From Gammaproteobacteria bacterium (GTDB taxonomy: Bacteria > Pseudomonadota > Gammaproteobacteria > GCA-002705445 > GCA-002716945): DNA of 49,888 bases. The DNA is taken from the NCBI GenBank assembly GCA_045561295.1, contig JBJKYD010000015.1, positions 1-49,888 on the forward strand. The letters are read 5' to 3'. Made by a program: the position numbers and the translations under genes. A model generated the notes under the pieces. It worked only from the letters and a program-made list of their open reading frames with translations, ran no database searches and was not told the DNA's origin. Positions 26,902 to 37,310 of this stretch are shown one piece after another. Within the stretch, counting starts at the first letter, position 1. Each line of letters opens with the position of its first letter.

Positions 26902-27862
26902 AAATATCAGTCTAAATAAACAAGTTAAACCTTTAGTTGAGCAACTTATTGAGTCACATGAAAAGCTTAATTTAAGCATCAGTGAATCTGAGGGTGGAGC
27001 AAAAATTATAGATGCTGGAATCAAGACTACAGGCTGTCTTGAAGCAGGTAGAATCATAACGGAAATATGTATGGGTGGACTAGGAACAGTGAGCCTTTCT
27101 ATGACTAATAACACACCAAATTGGCCGTTATCTATACATGTACACAGTACAGACCCAGTTTTATCATGTTTAGGAAGTCAATATGCTGGCTGGTCACTAT
27201 CTTTTGTACAAAATGATGATAATTTTTCTGCATTAGGTTCTGGACCATGTCGTGCTCTTGCTGGTAAAGAAGAAATATTTAAAGATATAGACTATGAGGA
27301 TAAATTCTTTTCTACAGTGGTAGTGTTAGAAGTTGATCAAAATCCACCTCAAGAAATTATAGATAAAATTGTAAATGACTGCAGCATATCTGAAAAGAAT
27401 CTAACAGTTATTCTGACACCAACTCGCTCATTATGTGGAACAACTCAAGTTGTAGGAAGAGTGTTAGAGGTAGGCTTGCATAAAGTCCATGAATTAGGTT
27501 TCCCAATAGATAAAGTAAGAGATGGTTTTGGTTCAGCACCTCTACCACCTCCCGCACCTGATTTCCTAATTGGTATGGGAAGGACGAACGATGCCATTCT
27601 ATATGGTGGCCTAGTTCATTTATATGTAGATACACCTAATGATGATGCAGAAGAATTAGCCAAAAGACTTCCTAGCAGTACATCAAGCGATTATGGTAAA
27701 CCCTTCTCAGATGTCTTCAAAGAATACAAATATGATTTTTATAAAATTGATAAGATGCTTTTTAGTCCAGCTAAAGTAATTGTTTCTAGTTTGAAAACTG
27801 GAAAATCATTTACTGGTGGTAAAATTGATTTATCTTTAATGGATGATTCATTTAATAAATGA
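26894..27862 (+). CDS. mch: Methenyl-H4MPT cyclohydrolase
   Basis: EICMGGLG, CLGSQYAGW, LGSGPCRALA, QVVGRVLE..LHK, MGRTNDAILYGG, DFYKID..LFSPA. Confidence 0.95.
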   Translation: MNKNISLNKQVKPLVEQLIESHEKLNLSISESEGGAKIIDAGIKTTGCLEAGRIITEICMGGLGTVSLSMTNNTPNWPLSIHVHSTDPVLSCLGSQYAGWSLSFVQNDDNFSALGSGPCRALAGKEEIFKDIDYEDKFFSTVVVLEVDQNPPQEIIDKIVNDCSISEKNLTVILTPTRSLCGTTQVVGRVLEVGLHKVHELGFPIDKVRDGFGSAPLPPPAPDFLIGMGRTNDAILYGGLVHLYVDTPNDDAEELAKRLPSSTSSDYGKPFSDVFKEYKYDFYKIDKMLFSPAKVIVSSLKTGKSFTGGKIDLSLMDDSFNK

Positions 27863-28731
27863 TTAGAACTTTAATTCTTACTGAAAAGGAAGGATGGCAT
27901 TTTCAACAACTCAAAACATCACTAGAAAAAAGAAAACATAAAGTTTTTTCGGGATGTCTATCAAATATTAGTCTATCGTTATCCAATAATAAAGCAGAGC
28001 TATTTATTAATGATGTACCTATTCCTGAAATAGATAATGTAATAGTAAGATTTGTTCCTGGTGGTACGTTAGAAGAAATAACATATTATCTAAATATATT
28101 AAAAATATTTGAAGGTATGGGAGTTAGGGTAATTAATACTGCACAAAAAATTGAGAGCACAGTCGACAAACTTTATACTTCATATATTCTGGGTAAAAAT
28201 AATTTAAAAACACCTAGCACATTTATTTTCCGTGACTTCGAGAAAGCTAAAAATTTCTTAGAAACTCAATTACCCAAGGAGGGTATCGTTTATAAACCTT
28301 TATTTGGTTCACAAGGAGATAATGTCAAATTAATAAAAAGCTCTTACGAACTGAAAGAAATAGAAAACCTCTCAAACATTTTCTATTTTCAGCAATATTT
28401 AGATAATTCAATTAATCATGATTATAGAATATTAGTAATACGTAAAGATGAAACCTATAAATATTTTTATATGACAAGATATGGTGACAGCTTTATTAAT
28501 AATGTGTCTAAAGGTGGATCATGCAAGAAAGAATCAATTGACAAGTCCATCATTGATCTAGCCTTGAAAGCGAGTAAATTATTAAATATCTCTTTTTGTG
28601 GCGTTGATATAATGAGTTTTAATAATAATAACTATATCATCGAGATTAATAGTATTCCAGCATGGAGAGGGTTACAGAACGTCGAATCAGAGGTAATATC
28701 AGATCACTTTGTAAATCTTTTGATGACATAA
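27859..28731 (+). CDS. RimK-family alpha-L-glutamate ligase (Orf5-like)
   Basis: VRFVPGGTLEEI, VDKLYTS, KPLFGSQG, DYRILV, GVDI, EINSIPAWRGLQ. Confidence 0.88.
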   Translation: MIRTLILTEKEGWHFQQLKTSLEKRKHKVFSGCLSNISLSLSNNKAELFINDVPIPEIDNVIVRFVPGGTLEEITYYLNILKIFEGMGVRVINTAQKIESTVDKLYTSYILGKNNLKTPSTFIFRDFEKAKNFLETQLPKEGIVYKPLFGSQGDNVKLIKSSYELKEIENLSNIFYFQQYLDNSINHDYRILVIRKDETYKYFYMTRYGDSFINNVSKGGSCKKESIDKSIIDLALKASKLLNISFCGVDIMSFNNNNYIIEINSIPAWRGLQNVESEVISDHFVNLLMT

Positions 28732-28746
28732 ATATTGAAATGTAAT

Positions 28747-29622
28747 ATGGATTTATCAAAATATAAAATTAAATTTGTACAAGATCTAATTAAAAAATCA
28801 TATATAAACTCATGCCAATTAGATATTGAGTGCATAAAACCTGGTAATGTAAATCAAACGTCTGGGCATCCTGATACTTCTTCTGATGATTTTATAAAAA
28901 GCTTTATGACAACTGCTGAAATAATTTCTTCTAATGATTCTACCTTAGGTGAAAAAATTGAAAACTCTGTGCTTATGACAAAAAGAGCTGTTAATAAAAA
29001 TACTAATCTTGGTATTATTCTTTTGTGTTCATTATTTGTACAATCGCTCTCTATAAAAAAAAATCTAACTCTTTGCGAGGCTATTGAATTTGTAGTTATA
29101 GAGGCAACCTGTGAAGACGTATCCAAATTATGTAATGCTATAAATCTTGCTCAGCCCGGAGGATTAGGTAGTCATAGTGACTATGATGTAACTTCAAATC
29201 CTGATATAGCCCTTCTTGATATTATGAAAATATCATCCGAATACGATATGATTGCTAAACAATACGCTTTATTTTTTGAAGATATATTTAGATTTGTAAT
29301 ACCAGCACTAGATAATGCGTTTCGTAAGATCAATGATAAAAAATTAGCTATTTCTTATACTTTTCTTAAAATTTTAGAAAAGTACCCAGATTCACACATA
29401 TGTAGAAAATATGGCAATAAAATAGCAAAAAAGACTAGCAATGAGGCCTCTGATTTGATAAAAATACTAGACGGGGATACTCGACACGAGTCATGGGGTA
29501 AAAAACTAATGTCTCTTGATAATCATTTCAAAATGACTCGAGTTAATCCAGGAACATCAGCAGATTTATTGGTTGTTTCAATGATGATTTATGATTATTT
29601 CATTGGGTTGCCAGATAGGTAA
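28747..29622 (+). CDS. CitG-like protein (Orf7 of H4MPT clusters)
   Basis: KPGNV, NTNLGIILL, PDSHICRKYG, NPGTSADL. Confidence 0.88.
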   Translation: MDLSKYKIKFVQDLIKKSYINSCQLDIECIKPGNVNQTSGHPDTSSDDFIKSFMTTAEIISSNDSTLGEKIENSVLMTKRAVNKNTNLGIILLCSLFVQSLSIKKNLTLCEAIEFVVIEATCEDVSKLCNAINLAQPGGLGSHSDYDVTSNPDIALLDIMKISSEYDMIAKQYALFFEDIFRFVIPALDNAFRKINDKKLAISYTFLKILEKYPDSHICRKYGNKIAKKTSNEASDLIKILDGDTRHESWGKKLMSLDNHFKMTRVNPGTSADLLVVSMMIYDYFIGLPDR

Positions 29623-29664
29623 GCTACGTTCGTTTATTAATAAACATAAATATAGGAGATAATA

Positions 29665-30177
29665 ATGGCAGTAGTCGACAAAGTATTAGTTGGTGAAGCG
29701 CTAGTTGTAACCGAAGGTGGGGATAACGAGATTTCACATATCGACTTGTTAATGGGACCACGTGGTTCTGCAGTAGAAGATGCATTTTGTAACACTCTTT
29801 GTAATAACAAAGATGGCTTTACATCTTTATTAGCTGTAGTTTCACCTAACTTACTATGCAAACCAGCGACAGCTATGTTTAACAAAGTAACAATTAAAGG
29901 TGCTAAACAAGCAGTTCAAATGTTTGGACCAGCTCAAGCAGCTGTTGCAAGAGCGGTAACTGAATGCGTTGAAGATGGAACAATCCCAGCTGATGAAGCT
30001 GACGATATTTTCATTTGTGTAGGTGTATTTATTCATTGGGACGCTGATGACAATAAACGTATCTACGATTACAATTTTGAAGCTGTCAAAATGGCAATCA
30101 AAAACGCTATAAGTGGTGAGCCTAAGGCACAAGATGTTGTTGCTAAGAAAGCTACAGAACACCCATTTGAAAAGTAA
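29665..30177 (+). CDS. fae: Formaldehyde-activating enzyme
   Basis: [43 protein letters not shown]-terminal HPF. Confidence 0.96.
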   Translation: MAVVDKVLVGEALVVTEGGDNEISHIDLLMGPRGSAVEDAFCNTLCNNKDGFTSLLAVVSPNLLCKPATAMFNKVTIKGAKQAVQMFGPAQAAVARAVTECVEDGTIPADEADDIFICVGVFIHWDADDNKRIYDYNFEAVKMAIKNAISGEPKAQDVVAKKATEHPFEK

Positions 30178-30194
30178 TCATATCTGATTATGTT

Positions 30195-30228
30195 AGAAAG
30201 AGCTGGCTACTTGCCAGCTCTTTTTTTT
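30195..30228. terminator. Terminator between the convergent fae and orf17 genes, probably bidirectional
   Basis: AGAAAGAGCTGGC-TACTT-GCCAGCTC followed by T8; overlaps the orf17 stop codon. Confidence 0.8.
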
Positions 30229-30884
30229 ATTAGAAATGAATTTTTATAATTTTTAAATAGTAGTGAAGATACTAACACTCCAGAGAACCCCATAGCCTCT
30301 AGCTTATTAATATCAAATGTAGATTTTATTCCACCACCCACGTAATATTGAATTGAACTTTTTTTACTCATTGAGCGAATATATTTATAATCTGGACCTT
30401 TATCATTACCCACGTCAGCTATATTCATAAAAATAATTTTATTTTTATATGAAGAATCAAAATTTTTAAAACTATCTAAACCTAGTAATTTATTCTTGTA
30501 GTCATATGAATGAATATAATTTTTATATATATAATTAATATTTTTAATAGATAAACAATTTTCACTACATAATATTGGTTCAATATTCCTCTTAGCTAAA
30601 CGTTGATCGATTTTTCCTCCAATATCTACCCAAAAATGAATATTTTTATTCACACTTGCAATGTCCTTTATTAAATCAATATTATGATTTTCACTTATCA
30701 GTGAATTAATATCTGCAATATAAAATATGGAAGGACGATAAATTTTAGTCATTTCTTTTATAAACTTAAATGGATCCGATGAAAAGCCAGAATCCTTACT
30801 GATAGGGTGGTATCTGTCTCTATCACCTTGTTTAGCTTTAACAACTTTACCGTCTTTTATATCAATTGCAGGTATAATGTTCAT
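30207..30884 (-). CDS. HisA/HisF-related TIM-barrel protein (Orf17-like)
   Basis: IIPAIDIKDGKVVKA..GDRD.Y.P, YIAD, WVD.G, VGGGI. Confidence 0.85.
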   Translation of the reverse strand: MNIIPAIDIKDGKVVKAKQGDRDRYHPISKDSGFSSDPFKFIKEMTKIYRPSIFYIADINSLISENHNIDLIKDIASVNKNIHFWVDIGGKIDQRLAKRNIEPILCSENCLSIKNINYIYKNYIHSYDYKNKLLGLDSFKNFDSSYKNKIIFMNIADVGNDKGPDYKYIRSMSKKSSIQYYVGGGIKSTFDINKLEAMGFSGVLVSSLLFKNYKNSFLIKKRAGK

Positions 30885-31806
30885 GATGAAAAAAATTCTT
30901 ATATATGAGTATATTACAGGCGGAGGTTTGATAGGAAAAAAATTTGATCATAGTCTACTTTCGGAAGCTAATCTAATAATAGATTCACTCATTAGCAAGA
31001 CAGACAGCATTGTAAACTTTTTTTGTGACTATCGTTATAAGTATAAAAATAATAAGAACGCTATCCTTATTACTGCTAATAATCATAGCATCATCTATGA
31101 TACTGACATGATAAACTCTTATGATTATTTCTTACCAATTTGTCCAGAATCAGATTTAATACTATATAACTATATTAAGGAAATAAATCCATATGTTGAT
31201 AATATGAAAATTTCATCTCCCAAAACTATTTTAGTAACAAGTGATAAATTATTATTAAAAGATATTTGTAATAGATATAATATTTCACATGCAGACTCTT
31301 ATATTTCAAAATCAAAACAATCATTATATATAATCAAAGATAGATTCGGATGTGGTTGTAATAATGTTAGAGTCACTAGTAATAAGAATTTAGAAATTCC
31401 AGCAAATCGAATAATTGAAAAATATATTCCTGGTGATTCATATAGCGTTAATCTTTATATATCTGATACAGGGTATGAAATACTTACAATTAATCAACAA
31501 ATAATTAACAGATACAATAATGTTCTTAAGTTGGATGCTATCAATGTGAATATCTATCCATATTTTAGAAATTCACTTTTTAAATTTATTGAAGGGATTT
31601 TAGTAGCTCTTCCTGGCTTAAAGGGGTTTATAGGTTTCGATTTGATTTATAATAAAGAAGGTTTATTTTTGATAGATATCAATCCTAGATATACAACTTC
31701 TATGTCTGCAATTAGTAAATGTAAAGATAGACATATACTTGACTACATTAATATATCAAAGAATGAACAAACTGGATCATCATGCAAAATAAAGCTGCAA
31801 GTATAA
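30883..31806 (+). CDS. ATP-grasp protein, Orf1/MfnD-like (tyramine-glutamate ligase family)
   Basis: ILIYEYITGGG, ICPESD, SDK, K.RFGCGC, LPGLKGFIGFD, DINPRYTTS. Confidence 0.8.
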   Translation: MMKKILIYEYITGGGLIGKKFDHSLLSEANLIIDSLISKTDSIVNFFCDYRYKYKNNKNAILITANNHSIIYDTDMINSYDYFLPICPESDLILYNYIKEINPYVDNMKISSPKTILVTSDKLLLKDICNRYNISHADSYISKSKQSLYIIKDRFGCGCNNVRVTSNKNLEIPANRIIEKYIPGDSYSVNLYISDTGYEILTINQQIINRYNNVLKLDAINVNIYPYFRNSLFKFIEGILVALPGLKGFIGFDLIYNKEGLFLIDINPRYTTSMSAISKCKDRHILDYINISKNEQTGSSCKIKLQV

Positions 31807-32825
31807 CTAAAATAGGTTGGGATATAGGTGGTGCCCACCTAAAATATTGCGTCATATCTAGTGACTCAGACATTATATGGTATGACATTATTGATTTTGA
31901 ATTTTGGAAGGAATATAAAAAATTCAAAAATATAGTAATAAAGATAAACTCAATTTATAGTAAAAAAAACCATCATACTGAAAACTATTTTACAATGTCA
32001 GCAGAAATGTGTGATTGTTTTGATAATAGGGCTGATGGCGTTGATTATATTGTTAAACAAATTATAGAAAGTAAGTATCCATCATATATCTTTACTAAAA
32101 ATGGCTTTCAAAATTCATTAAAGATAAATAAAGCCTCATTTAAATATATAGGCTCATTTAATTGGTACGCAACTGCATTGTATATATCCTCTTTATTTTC
32201 TGACATTATAGCTATTGATTTTGGTTCGACCACATGCGATTTTCTAATTATAAAAAATGGAAAAATTAAAAATAAAAGAACATCAGATATAACTGGCTTA
32301 CAATCCCATGAACTTCTATATACTGGTTGTGCACGCACACCTATATATGCACACACTAATGAAATAACATACAAAAATAAGATTTATAAGATAATACCGG
32401 AACAATTTTCTTCTATGTCTGATATTTACGTTATTTTGGATAAGTTACCTGTCGATGATATATATTCTAAAGCACTAAATATGAATGACCATTCTAAAAT
32501 AAATGCATGTAAGAGAATATCTAGATCATTTGGCTTTGATTTTGCATATAATAAATTAGATTTGATTAAGAATTTATCGAAACAAATATATGATTCTCAG
32601 ATTAAGTTAATTGAAAATAATATTTTATTTCACAAGAGAAAACATTTTAATGAGGATAAAAAATTAGATATTATGGGATTAGGATTAGGATATAGAGCAA
32701 TATCACATATCGGTCAAAAAAATAATCTTAATCATATAGATATTAACAATATCTTGGAGATGGAAATTGACAGAGGTTCTGAGTTAACAAAATTATTTTC
32801 ATCGTATGTAATGTGTAGGTTATAA
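31782..32825 (+). CDS. Hydantoinase/oxoprolinase-fold protein, Orf9/MfnF-like
   Basis: IGWDIGGAHLK, TMSAEMCDCF..R..GV, NW.A, DFGSTTCD, ELLYTG..RTP. Confidence 0.85.
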   Translation: MQNKAASITKIGWDIGGAHLKYCVISSDSDIIWYDIIDFEFWKEYKKFKNIVIKINSIYSKKNHHTENYFTMSAEMCDCFDNRADGVDYIVKQIIESKYPSYIFTKNGFQNSLKINKASFKYIGSFNWYATALYISSLFSDIIAIDFGSTTCDFLIIKNGKIKNKRTSDITGLQSHELLYTGCARTPIYAHTNEITYKNKIYKIIPEQFSSMSDIYVILDKLPVDDIYSKALNMNDHSKINACKRISRSFGFDFAYNKLDLIKNLSKQIYDSQIKLIENNILFHKRKHFNEDKKLDIMGLGLGYRAISHIGQKNNLNHIDINNILEMEIDRGSELTKLFSSYVMCRL

Positions 32826-34163
32826 ATGACATATAAAATTGAACAACTAGATTTTTCAATACCCTCCCATAAATATTTTGAATTTATAAAAAATAATGAT
32901 TGGTCTATATATCTTAACAGCAATAATGATAAATATCCTGATCAAAGATTTGATATCTTAACTTCTGACCCACTTGAAAAAATTATCTTGGATGATGATA
33001 TATCTAATAATCAATCTTTTAATAGTGATATCTTTTCTTCTTTGAAGAATGCGATGGAAAAATATAAATGTGAATCTAAGGATGATATTCCTTTTTGTGG
33101 GGGAGCTATGGGTTTTATTTCATATGATTATGGTAATAAACTTCACAATATTGAAAATAAAAATAATAAAGATTTCCAATATCCTTTGATAGCTTTTGGT
33201 ATCTATGATTGGTGCATAATTTATGATTATTTAAAAAGAAAATCATTTATCTTGTATCATCAAAAAAATAAACTAATTGATAGCATATTAAAATTATCAA
33301 TTAGCCAGCTATCTTTAAATGAATCAGAATCATTTAACTGTACATCTAGATGTGAATCTAATATGAATTATGATTTATATCATGCAAAATTATCTAAAAT
33401 TATGAACTACATTAAAAGAGGCGATTGTTATCAAGTCAATCTTGCTCAAAGATTTTCTCTTGGATTTGAAGGTGATGAATATTCAATATATAAGACATTA
33501 ACCAAATCATTCGCGTCACCATATTCAGCGTTTATGAATTATCCATTTGGTAAGATTTTATCATTTTCACCGGAGAGATTTTTATCTATAAATAATGGAG
33601 TTGTTGAAACAAAACCTATTAAAGGGACGAGACCAATATCTATTGATCCAGTAATTGATAAAAAAAATATCAAAGAATTAAAAACATCAGAAAAAGATAA
33701 AGCTGAAAATCTTATGATTGTTGATTTACTGAGAAATGATTTAGGTATGAATTGTAAAAATGGAAGTATAAAAGTCGATAAGCTTTTTGAGATTGAGACA
33801 TTTGCAAATGTTCATCACCTTGTCAGCACTATAAGTGGTGAAGTAGATAATGATTCAAATATATATAATCTGATCAAAGATGCTTTTCCTGGTGGCTCCA
33901 TCACTGGAGCTCCCAAGCTTAGATCTATGGAGATAATCGAAGAGTTAGAGCCGAATAACAGGTCAATTTATTGTGGAAGCATTGGTTATATTGGCTTCGA
34001 TGAAAAAACTGATTTAAATATTTCAATTAGAACTATGCTTGCAGTTAACAAGAATTTATATTTTTGGGGCGGAGGAGGTATCGTAAACGATTCTGATATA
34101 AGGAGCGAATATAATGAATCAATTGATAAAGTTAAACCGCTTCTTGATACATTTTCTGATTAA
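32826..34163 (+). CDS. pabB: Aminodeoxychorismate synthase component I
   Basis: PFCGGAMGFISYD, GDCYQVNL, SPERF, KPIKGTRP, AENLMIVDLLRND, FPGGSITGAPK. Confidence 0.92.
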   Translation: MTYKIEQLDFSIPSHKYFEFIKNNDWSIYLNSNNDKYPDQRFDILTSDPLEKIILDDDISNNQSFNSDIFSSLKNAMEKYKCESKDDIPFCGGAMGFISYDYGNKLHNIENKNNKDFQYPLIAFGIYDWCIIYDYLKRKSFILYHQKNKLIDSILKLSISQLSLNESESFNCTSRCESNMNYDLYHAKLSKIMNYIKRGDCYQVNLAQRFSLGFEGDEYSIYKTLTKSFASPYSAFMNYPFGKILSFSPERFLSINNGVVETKPIKGTRPISIDPVIDKKNIKELKTSEKDKAENLMIVDLLRNDLGMNCKNGSIKVDKLFEIETFANVHHLVSTISGEVDNDSNIYNLIKDAFPGGSITGAPKLRSMEIIEELEPNNRSIYCGSIGYIGFDEKTDLNISIRTMLAVNKNLYFWGGGGIVNDSDIRSEYNESIDKVKPLLDTFSD

Positions 34164-34845
34164 TATTTTTTATTATTTTTATAATATTTTGACATTGAAT
34201 TGACTCAATATTATCTCTTGAATTAGGTGAACATAACGCACCCCTGAATCCAATAAAATCAGACTTAAATTTCATTGCATATTCAATAGTATTTTGTTGC
34301 ATAGAGCCAGAGAGTCCACAAAACTTTTTTATCTTATGACATTCTGAAACAAAAGAGTTTATTAAATTATCATCCATAATATCGAGAGTTGATTTACTAG
34401 ATTTCTTAACTGTATCTATCATTAGACCATCATAGTCAAGTTTACATATTTTTTTTATTATGTTGATGTCAATATTGTTATCCGCAAATAAAACACCTAC
34501 AGTTTTAATATTTAAATTAAATGCTTTTTTCAAAAATATCGAATGCATATCAAGATAATTTATATCAAATATCCCAATTTTAATATAATCAATTTTTGAA
34601 GAGTTTAGAAACTCTAGTCTTTCATAAATGATATCTTTATTTGGATGATCACTATTTCCAGCAGTAACACTTAATATTCTATTATTGAGTTCATTAGAAA
34701 TAAGCTCGACTTCTTTATTTCCTACATATCCTAAGGGACCATCATCAATATTTTTTATATCAATTATATCAAAATCATAATCAGCCATAAGCGAAGCCTC
34801 TTTGATATTTTTGATACTAGCTAGAGATTTAATCATTATTTTCAA
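34132..34845 (-). CDS. (5-formylfuran-3-yl)methyl phosphate synthase-like (MfnB/DUF556)
   Basis: LAS....EA, DIIDIKN...GPLG, YIKIG, VLFAD, MIDT..K, GLSGS, GFRGALC. Confidence 0.8.
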   Translation of the reverse strand: MKIMIKSLASIKNIKEASLMADYDFDIIDIKNIDDGPLGYVGNKEVELISNELNNRILSVTAGNSDHPNKDIIYERLEFLNSSKIDYIKIGIFDINYLDMHSIFLKKAFNLNIKTVGVLFADNNIDINIIKKICKLDYDGLMIDTVKKSSKSTLDIMDDNLINSFVSECHKIKKFCGLSGSMQQNTIEYAMKFKSDFIGFRGALCSPNSRDNIESIQCQNIIKIIKNINQKMYQEAV

Positions 34846-35404
34846 AGTAGATATTTATCTTTTTCTCTATCCATTCCCAAGCTTCTTTTTCATTTTTACC
34901 AGCAGTTTTATCAATTCCAATTTTTAGGTATTTCATCTCATCCCTAATTTTATTATCATCAATTCTCCCAAGACGTGTTGAGAGTACTGCTAATTCTATA
35001 ACAGAAAACTGAGCTCTATTGAAACCCAAAAACGGTCTATGGATTTGTTCGTTGATAACTTCACATATAATTCTTGGCCTTACAGGATCGTCATGATCTT
35101 CAATCGCTTTAACATTCATGTGTGTATTTGTATTTTGAAGGTGAGGAGCACATTTATCATCAAATACTTCTAGCTCCCAATCTTTTTTTTCTCCAGTAAC
35201 TATTCCGGAAAAAACTTTAACATTATCTATAAAATTTACTGTAGCGATTTTTGTTTCTAAAATATTATTTAAAGTTTGAGACGGCTTGAAAGGTGAAATC
35301 TGTACTAATTTTTTTGAATCAGACTGAAGAAATTTCACACCCATCGGAGCAATATGTACTTTTTTATCTTTATTGATTGTAGTGACGATTACTTCGTGAA
35401 TCAT
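34829..35404 (-). CDS. DUF447 family protein (H4MPT-cluster associated)
   Basis: IHEVIVTT..HIAPMG, PFKPS.TL.N, GFNRAQ..VIE.AVL.TRL, IDKTAG..E.EAW.W. Confidence 0.85.
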   Translation of the reverse strand: MIHEVIVTTINKDKKVHIAPMGVKFLQSDSKKLVQISPFKPSQTLNNILETKIATVNFIDNVKVFSGIVTGEKKDWELEVFDDKCAPHLQNTNTHMNVKAIEDHDDPVRPRIICEVINEQIHRPFLGFNRAQFSVIELAVLSTRLGRIDDNKIRDEMKYLKIGIDKTAGKNEKEAWEWIEKKINIYFENND

Positions 35405-36783
35405 TTTCTTTTCTTAAATGTTGGTCCCAATTCTTTAGACTGTAATTTATTATCTGCCTTTTTGTCTATCAAACAACCCCAATCTAACTCTTCATCCTGT
35501 GAGTACTCTTTTCTTAATTGATATGCAATTTGTGCTCTAGCAAGCTCAACACCTAAATAAAATGAGTGCCCTGAATCTTCATCTACTTCTAGGAATTCAT
35601 AAAAATCATAAGGATCTGAAAATACTTTATAAATCGTTTTATTGAATAGATGCACTCCATCATCATTTACATATATACGATAATTCTTATCCTTTATATT
35701 GCTTTTCATATCACTTAATTCATCAGACGTGTAAGCATAATCTTTATGGCCATGATTTATTAATAAGCCATTATTGATATGCTTTGGAGTAATATTATTC
35801 TCTGATGCTGCATGGATTATTCTCCTTGCCAAATCAGTTTCTCTAATTACTGTTGAACAATGTCTACTTACTTGTGTAGTAAGAATATGATTCAATTTTA
35901 ATTCTTCAACTATACCAAGCATTATCATATTCATACCGGAGGTATCAGCATGTGTGAGCTCAGTTATATTTCCTATCCCAATCATAATATGTATGTCAGG
36001 ATACTTTTCTCTTAAGTAGATATACCTCTCTATGCTCTTAGTGAAGCCATAAGAAATAGGGTCCAGTATTGGATCAGCTATGAAAGTAAGTTTATCTTGT
36101 ACTGCTCTATCAATGAGCTTGTAGAAATTCGGCATATTGTTATCTGTTGGAATGAGAACAGGGTATGAATCTAAATTTTCCAATATGTGATAAGTCTCAT
36201 CTTTTATACTTAGCAAATAATCTGCCCCTGCTTTTGAGCCTCTAATTAGTTCTTCAGTATTGTGGGAGTCTATGCTTACATAAAAGTTTCTATTTTTTAG
36301 CTCTTGCACTATTTCTTCCAAGTGAGGAAATTTTTTATTTGGCAAGCAGCCAATATCAATTACATCAGCACCCTCCAATCTAAAATATTCAGCTCTTTTG
36401 ATTACTTCCTCGACTGTCATATTTAAAGCATCAGTAATTTCTCCAAATATAGATGTTTCAAATTTCGATAAATCATATTTTACAGGACTAGCACCAAAAA
36501 GTGTGGGCAAGTCCTTTAGTTCATCAGGACCGCGTATTATTTTTTTGTTAATATTTTCTTTCAAAGATTCTAAGTCACCACGAACTCTTCCTGGGATAAT
36601 AATTTCATCAAAAGAATCTATATTTCCTATTCTTCTCTCAATCATGTCTGTTGTAAGTAAAGCAGCAACATTTACATTTAGATTTCTTATCTCATATGTA
36701 AAATCTTTATTTTCGATAGATTCAATAACTGTTCTTAATCCTTTCTCTGCTAACTTACCCGTAATAAATAATATATTTTTCAT
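35401..36783 (-). CDS. Dihydropteroate synthase-like pterin-binding protein (Orf20-like; methanopterin biosynthesis)
   Basis: LFITGKLA, VAALLT, GP.ELKDLP, GADVIDIGCLP, DPILDPI..GF, GN.TELT.AD, HSFYLGVELARAQIA..L..Y.QDE.L.WG. Confidence 0.87.
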   Translation of the reverse strand: MKNILFITGKLAEKGLRTVIESIENKDFTYEIRNLNVNVAALLTTDMIERRIGNIDSFDEIIIPGRVRGDLESLKENINKKIIRGPDELKDLPTLFGASPVKYDLSKFETSIFGEITDALNMTVEEVIKRAEYFRLEGADVIDIGCLPNKKFPHLEEIVQELKNRNFYVSIDSHNTEELIRGSKAGADYLLSIKDETYHILENLDSYPVLIPTDNNMPNFYKLIDRAVQDKLTFIADPILDPISYGFTKSIERYIYLREKYPDIHIMIGIGNITELTHADTSGMNMIMLGIVEELKLNHILTTQVSRHCSTVIRETDLARRIIHAASENNITPKHINNGLLINHGHKDYAYTSDELSDMKSNIKDKNYRIYVNDDGVHLFNKTIYKVFSDPYDFYEFLEVDEDSGHSFYLGVELARAQIAYQLRKEYSQDEELDWGCLIDKKADNKLQSKELGPTFKKRK

Positions 36784-37310
36784 TTATTTAGTTTCTTAAG
36801 GCTCGTTTTTAATGCTTTCACATTATCAACAACGGTTACATTTTTAAACTTTTTTAATGTTTTATAGTTTTTTAAATCTATATCTCTTGGATATAGAGTC
36901 ACAAGCTTTTTAGGTGCTTGAGTTATAACAACAGGCTCGGTATCACATGCAAAAACTAAAGAATGGACTTCACATTTTCCTGCCTGTGCAAACATATTAG
37001 TCACCAAATTAGTTGAAATACCCTGTGCCATTAATGCAATAGTGTTAGAAGTAGCTGGTGAGATAACAATCAATTTATAAACTGACTCATATAAAAGGCT
37101 AACTGGGGCAGAACTAGATGTTATATCTTTGAATATTTTTATCTTCTTCTTTTTAAAGGTTGATAAATCATAGTTGTACCATTTTAATACTTCCTCACCA
37201 GCTTTACTTAAATATAAATCAACATTCTCAAGTGTAAGCAACAATTCTATTGATTCTTTTAGATAGTGACCAGAACCGGTTATACACCATGCAATCTTTT
37301 TTTTATCCAT
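36780..37310 (-). CDS. AfpA/DmrB-like flavoprotein (probable dihydromethanopterin reductase)
   Basis: AWCITGSGH, PATSNT.A, LVTNMFAQAGK, FACDT, PR.IDL.N. Confidence 0.82.
   Translation of the reverse strand: MDKKKIAWCITGSGHYLKESIELLLTLENVDLYLSKAGEEVLKWYNYDLSTFKKKKIKIFKDITSSSAPVSLLYESVYKLIVISPATSNTIALMAQGISTNLVTNMFAQAGKCEVHSLVFACDTEPVVITQAPKKLVTLYPRDIDLKNYKTLKKFKNVTVVDNVKALKTSLKKLNK

Noticed and set aside
19357-37310. Archaeal/methanogen origin or methanogenesis
   Set aside because: These are the bacterial fhc/mtdB/fae versions in typical proteobacterial order, with no mcr or mtr, and they are contiguous with bacterial dcw genes.
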